A stretch of DNA of 64,000 nucleotides from a bacterium (GTDB taxonomy: Bacteria > Zhuqueibacterota > Zhuqueibacteria > Oceanimicrobiales > Oceanimicrobiaceae). The notes below the pieces were generated by a model. The model saw nothing but the letters and a program-made list of their open reading frames with translations. It was not told the DNA's origin and made no database searches. Positions 39,625 to 49,323 of the stretch are shown here, in pieces. The DNA is taken from contig JBHHXN010000006.1 in the NCBI GenBank assembly GCA_046757025.1, positions 25,944 to 89,943 of the forward strand, read 5' to 3'. The first letter of the stretch is position 1. Every line of letters begins with the position of its first letter. A program made the translations under genes and the position numbers.

Positions 39625-40305
39625 ATGTTAGGCATGACCACCAAATTCAAGGCGCGACGGATGTTTCATTTTCATCCTTTATTTCAAAGATGGCTGAATT
39701 CAATTTTTATTCAGTCGCTGCTGATTTTGCCGGTCTTGAACACTGGCTCTGTGCAGTTATCATGGGATCCCAATCAGGAGAACGATCTGGCCGGCTACAT
39801 TATCTATTACGGCCAGGCATCTCAAAATTACTCTTCAACCGTTCAAGTCGGCAACCAGACCAGCCACCGAGTCAGCGGCCTCGAGGTCGGCAGGCGCTAT
39901 TATTTTGCGGTCACCGCGGTGGACTTTTCCGGCAACGAAAGTCTGTTTTCAAACGAGGTCAGCGCAGTGATTCCAGCAGACGGGGAAGAAGCGCCACCGG
40001 ACGGCGCCCAGACCCTGATGGCCGATGTCTATAATTTTCCCAATCCATTCAGAATAAATCAGAGCAGTACTACCATTCGCTACGAGCTGGCCACGGCTGC
40101 CCAAGTGACCATCGAAATTTTGGATGTGGATAACAAATTGGTGAAAACTCTGGTGGAAGATGAGTTTAAACGCCAGGGAGAGCACTTGGAAGACATCTGG
40201 GATGGCACGAACTCCAAAAATGAGCTCGTGGCAAATGGAGTATATTTTTGTCGCATAAAAGCACCCAATGTGCAAAGATTCATTAAAATCGCTGTAACTC
40301 GGTAA
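39625..40305 (+). CDS. Secreted FN3-domain protein with C-terminal FlgD-Ig / T9SS-type sorting domain
   Basis: FN3 (LSWDPNQENDLAGYIIYYG...YYFAVTAVDFSGNES..SNEV) followed by YNFPNPF...WDGTN...VANGVYF. Confidence 0.82.
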   Translation: MLGMTTKFKARRMFHFHPLFQRWLNSIFIQSLLILPVLNTGSVQLSWDPNQENDLAGYIIYYGQASQNYSSTVQVGNQTSHRVSGLEVGRRYYFAVTAVDFSGNESLFSNEVSAVIPADGEEAPPDGAQTLMADVYNFPNPFRINQSSTTIRYELATAAQVTIEILDVDNKLVKTLVEDEFKRQGEHLEDIWDGTNSKNELVANGVYFCRIKAPNVQRFIKIAVTR

Positions 40306-40326
40306 ATCAAAAAAAGAGAGAGAAGA

Positions 40327-41538
40327 ATGCAACGCTGTAATTTGCCATTAAACCGCAACAACTGGATTTTAGCAACCACGGCCTCTTTGATTCTTCTGTT
40401 TTGTCCGATGAGCTTCGGACAGGAGAGTCGCGGTGCCGCCGGCACGTTTTTAAGAATGGGCGTGGGCGCCCGGGCGTTGTCGCTGGGTGGAGCCTTTACC
40501 GGTCTGGCAAACGGCCCTTCGGCAACCTATTGGAACCCGGCCGGCCTTCATCAGATTCAAAAGCTGCAATTTGAATTCATGAACATGAATTTGCCATTTG
40601 ATCGCACCTTCAATTTTTTCACCGGCGTCATGCCGGTGAAAAACTATTTCAGTGTGGGCGTGAGCTGGATCGGTTTAAAAGTGGACAACATCGAAGGGCG
40701 GAGTTTCAACAGCTCCACACCGGAAAATATTTTCAGCAACTCGCAGAATGCCTTTCTGATTTCGGTGAGCAAAAATATCAATTCAATGATCGCCGTTGGT
40801 GGGAATTTTAAAATCATCCGAAACGACCTGGCAGACCAGTCGGCTACCGGCATGGGTTTCGATGCGTCGCTTCTGGTCAATTTCAATAACCAAATTCGCC
40901 TGGGACTGTTGCTGCAGGATATCGGTACGGATTTCAGGTGGGACCGCAATTACACCGAAGGCGTACCGTTGAATTTACGTGTGGGTGCTTCCTGGCGGGC
41001 GCACGAGCTGGTGACTGTGGTCGCCGATGTTAGCAAAACCGCGGGCCTGTCGCCGGTATTGCACCTTGGCAGCGAAGTAAGGCCCATCAGCATGCTACCT
41101 ATTCGCGTTGGTTTGAATGATAAGCAATTTACGGGCGGCGCCGGATTTGTCTTGCCGCTTTCCGAGCATACTCTGGAAATCAATTACGGTTACGCATCTG
41201 ATAAAGTGTTCGACGATGCCGTGCACCGTATTTCGTTGGTCTTTTCGTTGGATCACACGACAGGCCGATTCAAAAAGAAAAAGTCCAAACCCGTGTGGCA
41301 AACGAACAGCGTCGTTGAAAAAAACTCATACGATAAATTGAAGAAAATGGCTCAGGTGACAGCCAGCACCTTGAACGTGCGCTCCGGGCCAGGCAAGAAT
41401 TTCAGGATTGTCACCAAGGTGCAGCGGGGACAGAAATTTGAATTGCTGCAAGAAAACGGCAAGTGGCGTAAAATCAGATTAGGCAGCGGCAGCACCGGCT
41501 GGGTGCATGAAAATTACCTCAAAATTGTGTATGAGTGA
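40327..41538 (+). CDS. PorV/PorQ-family outer-membrane beta-barrel with C-terminal SH3b domain
   Basis: FLRMGVGARALSLGGAF...YWNPAGL N-terminal signature, amphipathic strands, then LNVRSGPG...W..I....GWV. Confidence 0.82.
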   Translation: MQRCNLPLNRNNWILATTASLILLFCPMSFGQESRGAAGTFLRMGVGARALSLGGAFTGLANGPSATYWNPAGLHQIQKLQFEFMNMNLPFDRTFNFFTGVMPVKNYFSVGVSWIGLKVDNIEGRSFNSSTPENIFSNSQNAFLISVSKNINSMIAVGGNFKIIRNDLADQSATGMGFDASLLVNFNNQIRLGLLLQDIGTDFRWDRNYTEGVPLNLRVGASWRAHELVTVVADVSKTAGLSPVLHLGSEVRPISMLPIRVGLNDKQFTGGAGFVLPLSEHTLEINYGYASDKVFDDAVHRISLVFSLDHTTGRFKKKKSKPVWQTNSVVEKNSYDKLKKMAQVTASTLNVRSGPGKNFRIVTKVQRGQKFELLQENGKWRKIRLGSGSTGWVHENYLKIVYE

Positions 41539-41644
41539 ATCACTTGGTTGCATACACTGGCCGCTGAGCAGGAATTTTTAATGAGGTACTGTATATTGGT
41601 GGTAGCTGAACATGCCATCGGCCTGAAACCTCGAGTTTTTTTCT

Positions 41645-42373
41645 TTACTGTAAAAGCTGCGAAATTAAATCCGGATAATCCGTCAAAACCATTTGCACGC
41701 CGCACTGCTGGCAGCGCTCGAAGTCGGTTTTGGAGTTCACCAGGTAGCCTAAAAAGCGTTTGCCGCGCCGGTGCAGGTCTGCGATTTGCGCACGGTTAAC
41801 AAGCGGCAGGCCGTGGTAAAAAGCGGGTAAGGAAAGCAGTTCACTGCGCGGTTCAAATATTTTCCCTAGACCTACCAAACACCCCAAGCCCCAAAGGCGG
41901 GTTCTACTTTCGCGCGGAAAAATGGCGTAACCCGGGAAATAGGTTTGCACGAGTTTATCTGCCTTTGCGCACCAGGTGAGAAACCACACGCCATCATGAA
42001 ATCTCAGATCTGACAGCGTTTCCTTCAAAATCTGGAAAAGCCGTTCATCGGATATTTTGCAGTCAAAAATGTAATCTTTGGCGCGATATTTTTGCAGAAG
42101 GGTGACGAGATCGATGAGATTATCGCGAAAACGGCCGTCGGGAGACTGGATTTGAAGATCACAAATTTCACTGCAATCGAGTTCATGAATCACTTTGTCC
42201 GGGTGTCCGAATCGCGCCAGGTCGGCGTCGTGGGAGAGAATGATTTTATCGTCTTTGGAAAGCCGCAGATCGGTTTCAAAACCGCTGGCGCCAGCCTGGT
42301 GCGCCCGGTCAAAGGCCAGCAGCGTGTTTTCCGGCCAGATTTTTGAGGAACCTCGGTGGGCAATTATTTTCAT
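41645..42373 (-). CDS. Glycerophosphodiester phosphodiesterase family protein
   Basis: IIAHRG, PENT, ETDLRLSKD, SHD, LTDYP. Confidence 0.9.
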   Translation of the reverse strand: MKIIAHRGSSKIWPENTLLAFDRAHQAGASGFETDLRLSKDDKIILSHDADLARFGHPDKVIHELDCSEICDLQIQSPDGRFRDNLIDLVTLLQKYRAKDYIFDCKISDERLFQILKETLSDLRFHDGVWFLTWCAKADKLVQTYFPGYAIFPRESRTRLWGLGCLVGLGKIFEPRSELLSLPAFYHGLPLVNRAQIADLHRRGKRFLGYLVNSKTDFERCQQCGVQMVLTDYPDLISQLLQ

Positions 42374-42458
42374 TTATCCGGATTTGTTCTTCTCAAAAAA
42401 ATTCGCCTCAGTTTGATACGGATATTCACAGCGCTGCAAAGCTGCAATCAATATGTGA

Positions 42459-42596
42459 AACGCAGAAAACGCCGCGGGCGCAGAGGAAAAAATAGAAAAA
42501 AGGAATAATATCAGTAACAACAATAAGTTTGGTCGTGTGGGATTGTTATACGGCTTTTCGCTTATTGAAATCAAAAACTCTGCAAACCTCTGCGTT
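42459..42596. repeat. REP-like inverted repeat remnant
   Basis: AACGCAGA / GCAGAGG arms pair with CTCTGC / CCTCTGCGTT around an AT-rich spacer. Confidence 0.4.
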
Positions 42597-42858
42597 CTTT
42601 GCACAACTACGTCAATGACTTTCACACTGTACAATTATTTGGATTTGGCAACTGGAATCCGCTTAGAAACTTTGCAAACAAAACAAAGAAATGCCGGTCG
42701 GTAGTACGGATTAAATGTTTTTGATTAGAAAATAAATCAGTGTTTTATCTGTGAAAATCCGTGGCCCAATTATTTTTTATCGCCCCGAAAGCCGCGAACT
42801 TTTGCCTGATTTTGTTCGCGACCTTCGTGACGAATCTTAACGACTTATAAACTCAATT

Positions 42859-44220
42859 TCACTTACGGGAGATCTCCATTTTCTCTTTTGCCAGTCGTTC
42901 GTATTTGGATTTGTATTTTTCATAAAGCTGTGTGTGACGGCTGGTCAAATCGATTTTGCGACCCTGGATGAATTCCTGCTCCACTCGGGTCATGATTTCC
43001 AGCGGATCGCCGTTCGTGACGATGAGCGTGGCGTCTTTGCCGACTTCCAGCGAGCCCACGCGATCGGCGACGCCGAGTATCTGAGCTGGGTAGAGGGTCA
43101 CAGCTTTCAGCGCCTCCTCTTTGGGTAAACCGTACGCTGCAGCCATCGCCGCATGGTACGGCAAATTGCGCGCATGCGCCGCTTCAAAACTAAAACCTAT
43201 GCAGAAAGAAACGCCGGCTTCGTGCAAACGCAGAGCATTTTTGTACGGAGTGTCATAGGCCTCCCATCGGCGCATGGGTGTCGTGAGCACCCCTCCAATG
43301 ATCACGGGAATATTTTTAGCTTTCAGCAATTCGGTGATACGCCAGGCGTCGCGGCCGCCCACGAGAACCATGTTCACGTCTTCCTGAGTTGCCCAGTTGA
43401 CTGACGCCTGAATTTGCAGGATTTCATCGGCATGTATGAACACCGGCGCTTGTTTTTTGAGAACAGGAATCATGGCTTCCCAGCGCAAGTCGGTGGCGTG
43501 GTAAGGCGTACCCTTGTTGCTCATCTCCGCCTCTTTGGTTTTGAGATAGGCCCGAGCTTCGGCAAATGCGTCCTGTATTTTTTGGAGGCTTTCGTCGCGG
43601 CGTTTTAGCAAATCACTGGCGCTCTGCCTGAAAAATCTCGAACGTCCACCCGCTACCATACGCGGCCAGCGTACGTGCAGTCCGGCCGGGGCTTTTAGGG
43701 TCATGTCTTCCCAGGTCCAGCCGTCCAGCATGATGAGGGCGGAGGTGCCCGAGATCAAGCCGCCAGACGGCACACTCAATGTGAGGGTGATACCATTGGC
43801 GCGGGTGACCGGGAACAGCTCGCTATCGGGGTTGATGGCGGCTTCCGCACGCACGTTGGGCTTGATGTCGCCCAATTCCGCGTAATCGCGTGAAGCGCGC
43901 ACCGCGCCGATTTCAACCAGACCCAGTGCCGTGTTGGCGGCGATCAAGCCGGGATAGACGTGTTTACCCTGGACATCGATTTCTTCAGTACCCTCGGGTA
44001 AATCGACATTTTGCCCCAGGGCCGTGATTTTTCCATCCACAAAAAGAACGGCGCCGTTTTCAATAGTTTCGCCGCTGACGGTATGGATGGTGCCGCCCAC
44101 CAGCGCGATGGGATGATCCTGCTTGGGCGCGGGAATTTGATCAGACGCTTTCAGGCTTAGAATGAAACATCCCACGAGGAAGAACATGGTGAATGTGTTT
44201 CTAAATATTTTTTGCTTCAT
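42859..44220 (-). CDS. Secreted amidohydrolase-family protein (metal motif degenerate)
   Basis: Signal peptide; GKHVYPGLIAAN (lacks HxH), ANGIT, PAQILGVADRVGSLEVGKDA. Confidence 0.85.
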   Translation of the reverse strand: MKQKIFRNTFTMFFLVGCFILSLKASDQIPAPKQDHPIALVGGTIHTVSGETIENGAVLFVDGKITALGQNVDLPEGTEEIDVQGKHVYPGLIAANTALGLVEIGAVRASRDYAELGDIKPNVRAEAAINPDSELFPVTRANGITLTLSVPSGGLISGTSALIMLDGWTWEDMTLKAPAGLHVRWPRMVAGGRSRFFRQSASDLLKRRDESLQKIQDAFAEARAYLKTKEAEMSNKGTPYHATDLRWEAMIPVLKKQAPVFIHADEILQIQASVNWATQEDVNMVLVGGRDAWRITELLKAKNIPVIIGGVLTTPMRRWEAYDTPYKNALRLHEAGVSFCIGFSFEAAHARNLPYHAAMAAAYGLPKEEALKAVTLYPAQILGVADRVGSLEVGKDATLIVTNGDPLEIMTRVEQEFIQGRKIDLTSRHTQLYEKYKSKYERLAKEKMEISRK

Positions 44221-44286
44221 TTTTTAACTCCTCGTAAAAATTTACTTTTTAAGAATCCGAATTCTTAGTTTCAATAAGGATCACGA

Positions 44287-47200
44287 TCAATTTGATGGCC
44301 GGCCGCGACCACTGTCTCTATTCTTTTTCTTCTCACCACCGGCTGTCAGCACTTTCTGGATCAATCGCGCGCGCTCTGCTTGTACCTGTTTGCGCATTTC
44401 CCGGTCTTTTTCGAGACTAAAATACTGACGGCCGTCGATCCAGGTTTGTTCGCAAATGGAGTAAGTGGAAAGCGGGTGTCCGCTCCACACCACAAAGTCC
44501 GCGTCTTTTCCCACTTCTAATGAACCGACTCGGTGATCGATTTTGAGCTGTTTTGCTGGATTGAGGGTAACGAATTTCAACGCGTCTTCTTCGCTGATTC
44601 CGCCGTATTTCACGGCTTTGGCTGCTTCCAGGTTCATGCGCCGCGCCAGCTCACCGCTGTCGGAATTGAAGGAAACCACCACGCCGGCGTTGTGCATCAA
44701 AGCGCCGTTGTGGGGGATGGCGTCGTACACTTCGAATTTGTAGGCCCACCAGTCGCTGAAAGTGGAAGCGCCCGCGCCGTGCTGCGCCAGCGCTTCGGCC
44801 ACCTTGTAGCCTTCCAAAACGTGCTGAAACGCGGCAATGGTGAAGCCGAAATCTTCCGCTACCCGCACCAGCATAAGGATTTCATCCTGGCGGTAAGAGT
44901 GGCTGTGGACGTCGCGTTGGCCATGAATGATTTCCAACAGCGCTTCCAGCTCTAAATCTTTGCGAGGTGGAATGACGCCGTTTTTCCTTTTGGTAGAATG
45001 ATATTTTTGCCATTCTTTTTCATAATCCAGAGCAGCCTGGAGACGGTCGCGAATGATCTGCTCCACACCCATACGCGTGTCGGGGTAACGCTGATTGTTG
45101 CTGGAGCGTGAACGTTTGACATTTTCCCCGAGCGCAAATTTAATGCCCTCGGGTGCATCCTTCACCAGCATCTGTTCCGGTTGCGCGCCCCAGCGCAGTT
45201 TGATTATAGAGTTCTGCCCGCCGATGGGATTGGCGGAACCGTGCAATTGGTTGGCGATGGTTAAGCCGCCGGCGATTTCGCGATAGAGAGAAATATCGTA
45301 ACTGTTGATTACGTCTCGGGTGCGGACTTCTGAAGTCACGGCTTGTGAGCCTTCGTTGATGGAGCTGAGTCCGGAGTGGGAATGGGCGTCGATCAAACCG
45401 GGCGTAACGTGTTTACCTCCGGCGTCGATGATGACCGCATTGGAAGCCGCACTTAAATTCTTTCCGATTTTGGTGATCTTGCCTTGCACCATCAGCATGT
45501 CGGTGTTTTCCAGATTTCCCTGCGGGCCGCAAGTCCAGATAGTGGCGTTGCGAACGAGTATCTGTTTCGGCTGTTCTGGAATTTGGGTAAAACCAAAGGC
45601 GCCGGGAGGATTGTTGGGAGCCGGCACGCTTTGCACTTTTTTCGCTATTTTCGCTTTTTGGGACTTTGGCCTGGCCGCTTTCACCGCTTCTTTCCAGGTC
45701 GCGCTCCAGGTAAACGTACTGCCGTCCGGCAGCGCTCCTTGTCCCATCATCTGCTTGTCTTCCACGCTGCCAGAGAGGCGAACCACCCCGGCGTAGCCCA
45801 AACTGTCGCCAGCAAAAGACATGGTTACCCGGCGGCGTTCCAGTTTGATTTTTTTCAATTTCACACGGGTGCTGTCTTGCAGCAGCGATCCACTCAACTT
45901 TTCCGGCTTGCCTTTTATTTCGAGCTCAGTCGATAGGGACTTTTCTTGGGGCAGGGCAAATGTGAGGGTCCATTTTCCAGCCGGATCGACTTCCGGCCGC
46001 TTTTTTATTTCATAGCGTTTGCCGTCAACCCAGACGTCGAGAATTTTGGTTTTTTCACCGAACAAGTCTCCGTCGGTCACCACCAAATGACCTAATTTCC
46101 CAGAGCGGACGCTGCCCAGCAGATTGCTAACTCCTAAGAGTTTCGCCGGTGTGGTGGTCAGGGCAGCCAGCGCCGCGTCGGCAGACAGGCCGCGTTTTAT
46201 GGATTCACGCAAGTTTTTTGTAAAATCAGCGGGCTTTTTTAATTTAGAGGTAGTCAGCGCAAAAGTAACACCCGCATCTTGCAATCGCTTTGGATTTTCT
46301 GGCGCCGCCTCCCAGTGACTCAATTCCTGCAGGCTGACATTCAAGGCTTCTTCTGGAGATTCGACTTTTGGCGTCTCGGGAAAACTCAGCGGCAGGATGA
46401 ACGGCACCCCGGCCTTTTTGATGGCGCCAAGCTGGCGGTATTCGTGTCCGCTACCCAGAATCCACGATTTCAAGCCAAATTCTTTGATGACGTTGATGGC
46501 CCGCAGGCAATTCAAATCGTCATTCACATTGATCAAAACCGGCTGCCGACCGCGCACGGCCATTTCTAACGAGGCCAGCGATTCATTGATCTCCGGACGG
46601 GTTTGGCCAATGGGTTTTTGGGCGTAGGCGGCGTGCGCTTTTTGATACCAATCCGCATCCAAAAAGGTCTGGCGAATCAGCGCAATAACGCCCATTTGAG
46701 AATTCGGGTAACCGCGGCTGCGAAATCCGCCGGCCCGGCTAAACTGAATATTTTGCATGACCTGATCTTTCAAAAGCTGCTGGTTGACCTCGCCGTCGCC
46801 AAGACTGACCAACGCCCCCGTGCCACTAAAAATGCCTTTATTGGGCGCAATCAGGGCCGCAGTAAATCCCAGAGAACGATATTTCTTTAAATCTTCTTTT
46901 TTAGGAGCAAACTTGTCCATAACATGGGTTTCAGGCAGCACGTTTGGATTCCAGTGCTCTGGCCCGGTTCGGGGCTTGCTGCTTTGGGATGATGAGCCGC
47001 CGGGCTGCGTTGGTCGCTGTCTGGTTTCTTTTGGCAATCCGATGTGCGAATACGATTCGATCAATCCCGGATACACGGTCAGGCCATCGTAATCCCAGAT
47101 GCGCGCGTCCGCCGGGGGGGTAACGTTTGCTCCCACCGCTTCGATGACGCCGTCTCGTAAAATGATCGTGCCCTTCTCGATAACTTGACCGGGGGCTTGC

Positions 47201-47355
47201 ACGATTCTGGCGTTGATGAGCGCGTGCACTTGCGGAGTGTTTTCGCGAATCCCCTCCACTGGTTTGGTTTGCGAAAGCACCGGCGCCGTCATGGTCATCG
47301 AAAATATCAAAACAATCGATATTCCGAAAACATGGTTTTTAGTGAGCATTCTCAT
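44287..47355 (-). CDS. Secreted two-domain amidohydrolase-family protein
   Basis: AGAGGAGG SD before ATG 47355; signal peptide. Domain 1 has PGLIESYSH; domain 2 has PGLIDAHSH, HSHSY, QHVLE, NSD, GSLEVGKDAD. Confidence 0.87.
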   Translation of the reverse strand: MRMLTKNHVFGISIVLIFSMTMTAPVLSQTKPVEGIRENTPQVHALINARIVQAPGQVIEKGTIILRDGVIEAVGANVTPPADARIWDYDGLTVYPGLIESYSHIGLPKETRQRPTQPGGSSSQSSKPRTGPEHWNPNVLPETHVMDKFAPKKEDLKKYRSLGFTAALIAPNKGIFSGTGALVSLGDGEVNQQLLKDQVMQNIQFSRAGGFRSRGYPNSQMGVIALIRQTFLDADWYQKAHAAYAQKPIGQTRPEINESLASLEMAVRGRQPVLINVNDDLNCLRAINVIKEFGLKSWILGSGHEYRQLGAIKKAGVPFILPLSFPETPKVESPEEALNVSLQELSHWEAAPENPKRLQDAGVTFALTTSKLKKPADFTKNLRESIKRGLSADAALAALTTTPAKLLGVSNLLGSVRSGKLGHLVVTDGDLFGEKTKILDVWVDGKRYEIKKRPEVDPAGKWTLTFALPQEKSLSTELEIKGKPEKLSGSLLQDSTRVKLKKIKLERRRVTMSFAGDSLGYAGVVRLSGSVEDKQMMGQGALPDGSTFTWSATWKEAVKAARPKSQKAKIAKKVQSVPAPNNPPGAFGFTQIPEQPKQILVRNATIWTCGPQGNLENTDMLMVQGKITKIGKNLSAASNAVIIDAGGKHVTPGLIDAHSHSGLSSINEGSQAVTSEVRTRDVINSYDISLYREIAGGLTIANQLHGSANPIGGQNSIIKLRWGAQPEQMLVKDAPEGIKFALGENVKRSRSSNNQRYPDTRMGVEQIIRDRLQAALDYEKEWQKYHSTKRKNGVIPPRKDLELEALLEIIHGQRDVHSHSYRQDEILMLVRVAEDFGFTIAAFQHVLEGYKVAEALAQHGAGASTFSDWWAYKFEVYDAIPHNGALMHNAGVVVSFNSDSGELARRMNLEAAKAVKYGGISEEDALKFVTLNPAKQLKIDHRVGSLEVGKDADFVVWSGHPLSTYSICEQTWIDGRQYFSLEKDREMRKQVQAERARLIQKVLTAGGEKKKNRDSGRGRPSN

Positions 47356-47597
47356 AAATTGGCCTCCTCTAAAAAGTGATGTACATTTGATTAGATGTGA
47401 TTCTGAATAAAATAATTTTGTTAGAAATGAAAAGAAATGTGTGTAAAGGGTTGTAAAAAAAAGCAAATAAAATATAGGATATTCGATTCCAAAGGGCAAG
47501 AAAATATTTGTAACAAAGTTTTACAATTTAATCCTTTAAAATGAATGGGTTGTTTGGGTAGAGAAACAGAAGAATGGTGGTGGGGGGTGTAAACCGA

Positions 47598-48395
47598 TTA
47601 TTTTTTCTCATCAAGTTGACGCTGCATCTGGCGGACGCGACTTTGCCACTCTTTCTGTTCCATCAAGTCCCCATTGGCAGAAGATGTGAGGGAGCGCACT
47701 TTTTGGAGGAGCTCTGTAGCTTCAGAAAGCTGCTTGAGTTTGATATAGAGCTCCGCTAAAAACAGGAGGTTTTCGGGAAAATCGGGAGCGAATTCGCAGG
47801 CCGCTTTCAGGTGACTTAGAGCCAGGCGGCGGCTGCCAATTCCGGATGGGGCCCCGGGAGCCCGCATGTAAAGCGCTCCCAACAAACGGTGAGGACCGCC
47901 CTGATCAAAAGCGGCATCGATGGCGATGGCTTTTAAAGCGTCGCTGCGCATGGCGGTCATGGCGGTGCGGGCTGCAGCCATTTTTTCACGCGCGAAAAGG
48001 CCGGTGGCGATGGCGCGATAATAATAACCTTCCACGCGAGCGGGGGCCGATTGAATCGCCCGGCTGGCGAAATCTCGAGCCTTCGCAGAATATCTGGATA
48101 TCAGATTTTTGTCCGGACTATGCAACGCCAGCCAGCTGCCCAATTTGGCCGCACGCCAATAAAGGTGAAAATGTTTCCGCTGAGCTTGTTCGATTTCCGT
48201 TTCGAGCCGTTCAAAGGCTTGCTGAACGGATTGAAAATTTCGGGGCTTGATTGCGTACAGGGAATCTACCAGGTACAGAGTCCTTTGAATATCCGCAACC
48301 AGCGTCGTTTCTTTTTCAACGACTTTGTTTGCGCTGCAGCTCAACAGCGACAAAAACAGCAAAACGAAAATGGGCGCTAAGTGGTCTCGCTTCAT
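47598..48395 (-). CDS. TPR lipoprotein, TRAP-T (TatT) / BstC-like
   Basis: Lipobox LLS-C; helical repeats GYYYRAIATG and GGPHRLLGALYMRAPGAPSGIG. ATG overlaps the upstream stop (ATGA). Confidence 0.7.
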   Translation of the reverse strand: MKRDHLAPIFVLLFLSLLSCSANKVVEKETTLVADIQRTLYLVDSLYAIKPRNFQSVQQAFERLETEIEQAQRKHFHLYWRAAKLGSWLALHSPDKNLISRYSAKARDFASRAIQSAPARVEGYYYRAIATGLFAREKMAAARTAMTAMRSDALKAIAIDAAFDQGGPHRLLGALYMRAPGAPSGIGSRRLALSHLKAACEFAPDFPENLLFLAELYIKLKQLSEATELLQKVRSLTSSANGDLMEQKEWQSRVRQMQRQLDEKK

Positions 48396-49321
48396 TCACG
48401 CTTTCCTTTTTCAGATGTAAAATATTTGGCCGCGGTTTCGGCCAGCAGCGTAGAATCGATTTCAGTGATTCCGGAGGACTGCATCAACGACAGCAGCTCC
48501 TGACCCAGCGCGTCCTGATTCATGTCGATGAGCGCGTGCAGCAATTCGCGTTCTTCCGCAGTGCTCCAGTCGTTACCGATCAGCACAAATAAATCGCGCG
48601 GCAAAGGCGGCGAAGTCCAGAGTATCTGCAATTCGTCCCGGATCAAATCGTCGGTTTCGAAAAAGTGTTTGAGCTCCTCATCTACCAAAATGGCTGCTGC
48701 CGGCTCCAATTGATCGATTTCACCGGCATCTCGTGCTTCGAGCATTAAGAAAAGATCGTCAGCGAGATTTTCGCTTGCCTCCAGTTTGAAATGCGTGCCT
48801 GGCTGAAAATCGGCCGGAAAAACCACCCGTTTTAAGTAAGCCCAGTCGATGGCAAAATTTGTTCGTACCCGTTGGCCTTTTAGGGCTGCAAGCGAGCTGG
48901 GTCGCCTTTTTAGGCCCAGAAGGTAGTAGTGTTCAACCTGTTTTCCAAAGCGCGGTGCCTGGGCGATGGGACGGGTGTTTTCGGCATAATTGGAAAGGTG
49001 CTGCAGATAAAATCCCGCAGGTACAAAAACAAACACTGGCCGATGTTTTTGCAAAATCACGATTGCGGAGTCCAAGCGATTACTGATGAGGCCCAGCAGC
49101 GGCTTCTGCTTAAATCGGCTGACTTTCTGACTGAAATATTCACCGATTTTATTTAAATACTCTGAAGCGGATTCGGATGTGGCCCCGGCGTCGCCGGGTT
49201 TTACAATTAAGAAGCTCGGCCTTTTGGCGTCCTGAGCAAAGGTACACAGCCACAAAAGTAGGATAGAAAAAATCGTTAAATAAATAGAGCTTTGTTGTGA
49301 CTTTTTTAAATGGCTTAACAT
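48392..49321 (-). CDS. Periplasmic substrate-binding protein, PhnD/SsuA-like (BstB-like)
   Basis: Signal peptide; PIAQ...YYLL, SLAALKGQR, ILWTSPPLP, LIDMNQDALGQELL recall phosphonate-binding-family PBPs. Start placed at ATG 49321, 2 nt after the RND stop. Confidence 0.65.
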   Translation of the reverse strand: MLSHLKKSQQSSIYLTIFSILLLWLCTFAQDAKRPSFLIVKPGDAGATSESASEYLNKIGEYFSQKVSRFKQKPLLGLISNRLDSAIVILQKHRPVFVFVPAGFYLQHLSNYAENTRPIAQAPRFGKQVEHYYLLGLKRRPSSLAALKGQRVRTNFAIDWAYLKRVVFPADFQPGTHFKLEASENLADDLFLMLEARDAGEIDQLEPAAAILVDEELKHFFETDDLIRDELQILWTSPPLPRDLFVLIGNDWSTAEERELLHALIDMNQDALGQELLSLMQSSGITEIDSTLLAETAAKYFTSEKGKRE

Positions 49322-49323
49322 TT

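Noticed and set aside
47356..47499. N-terminal extension of the large amidohydrolase
   Set aside because: AT-rich intergenic sequence; the strong SD and signal peptide point to ATG 47355.
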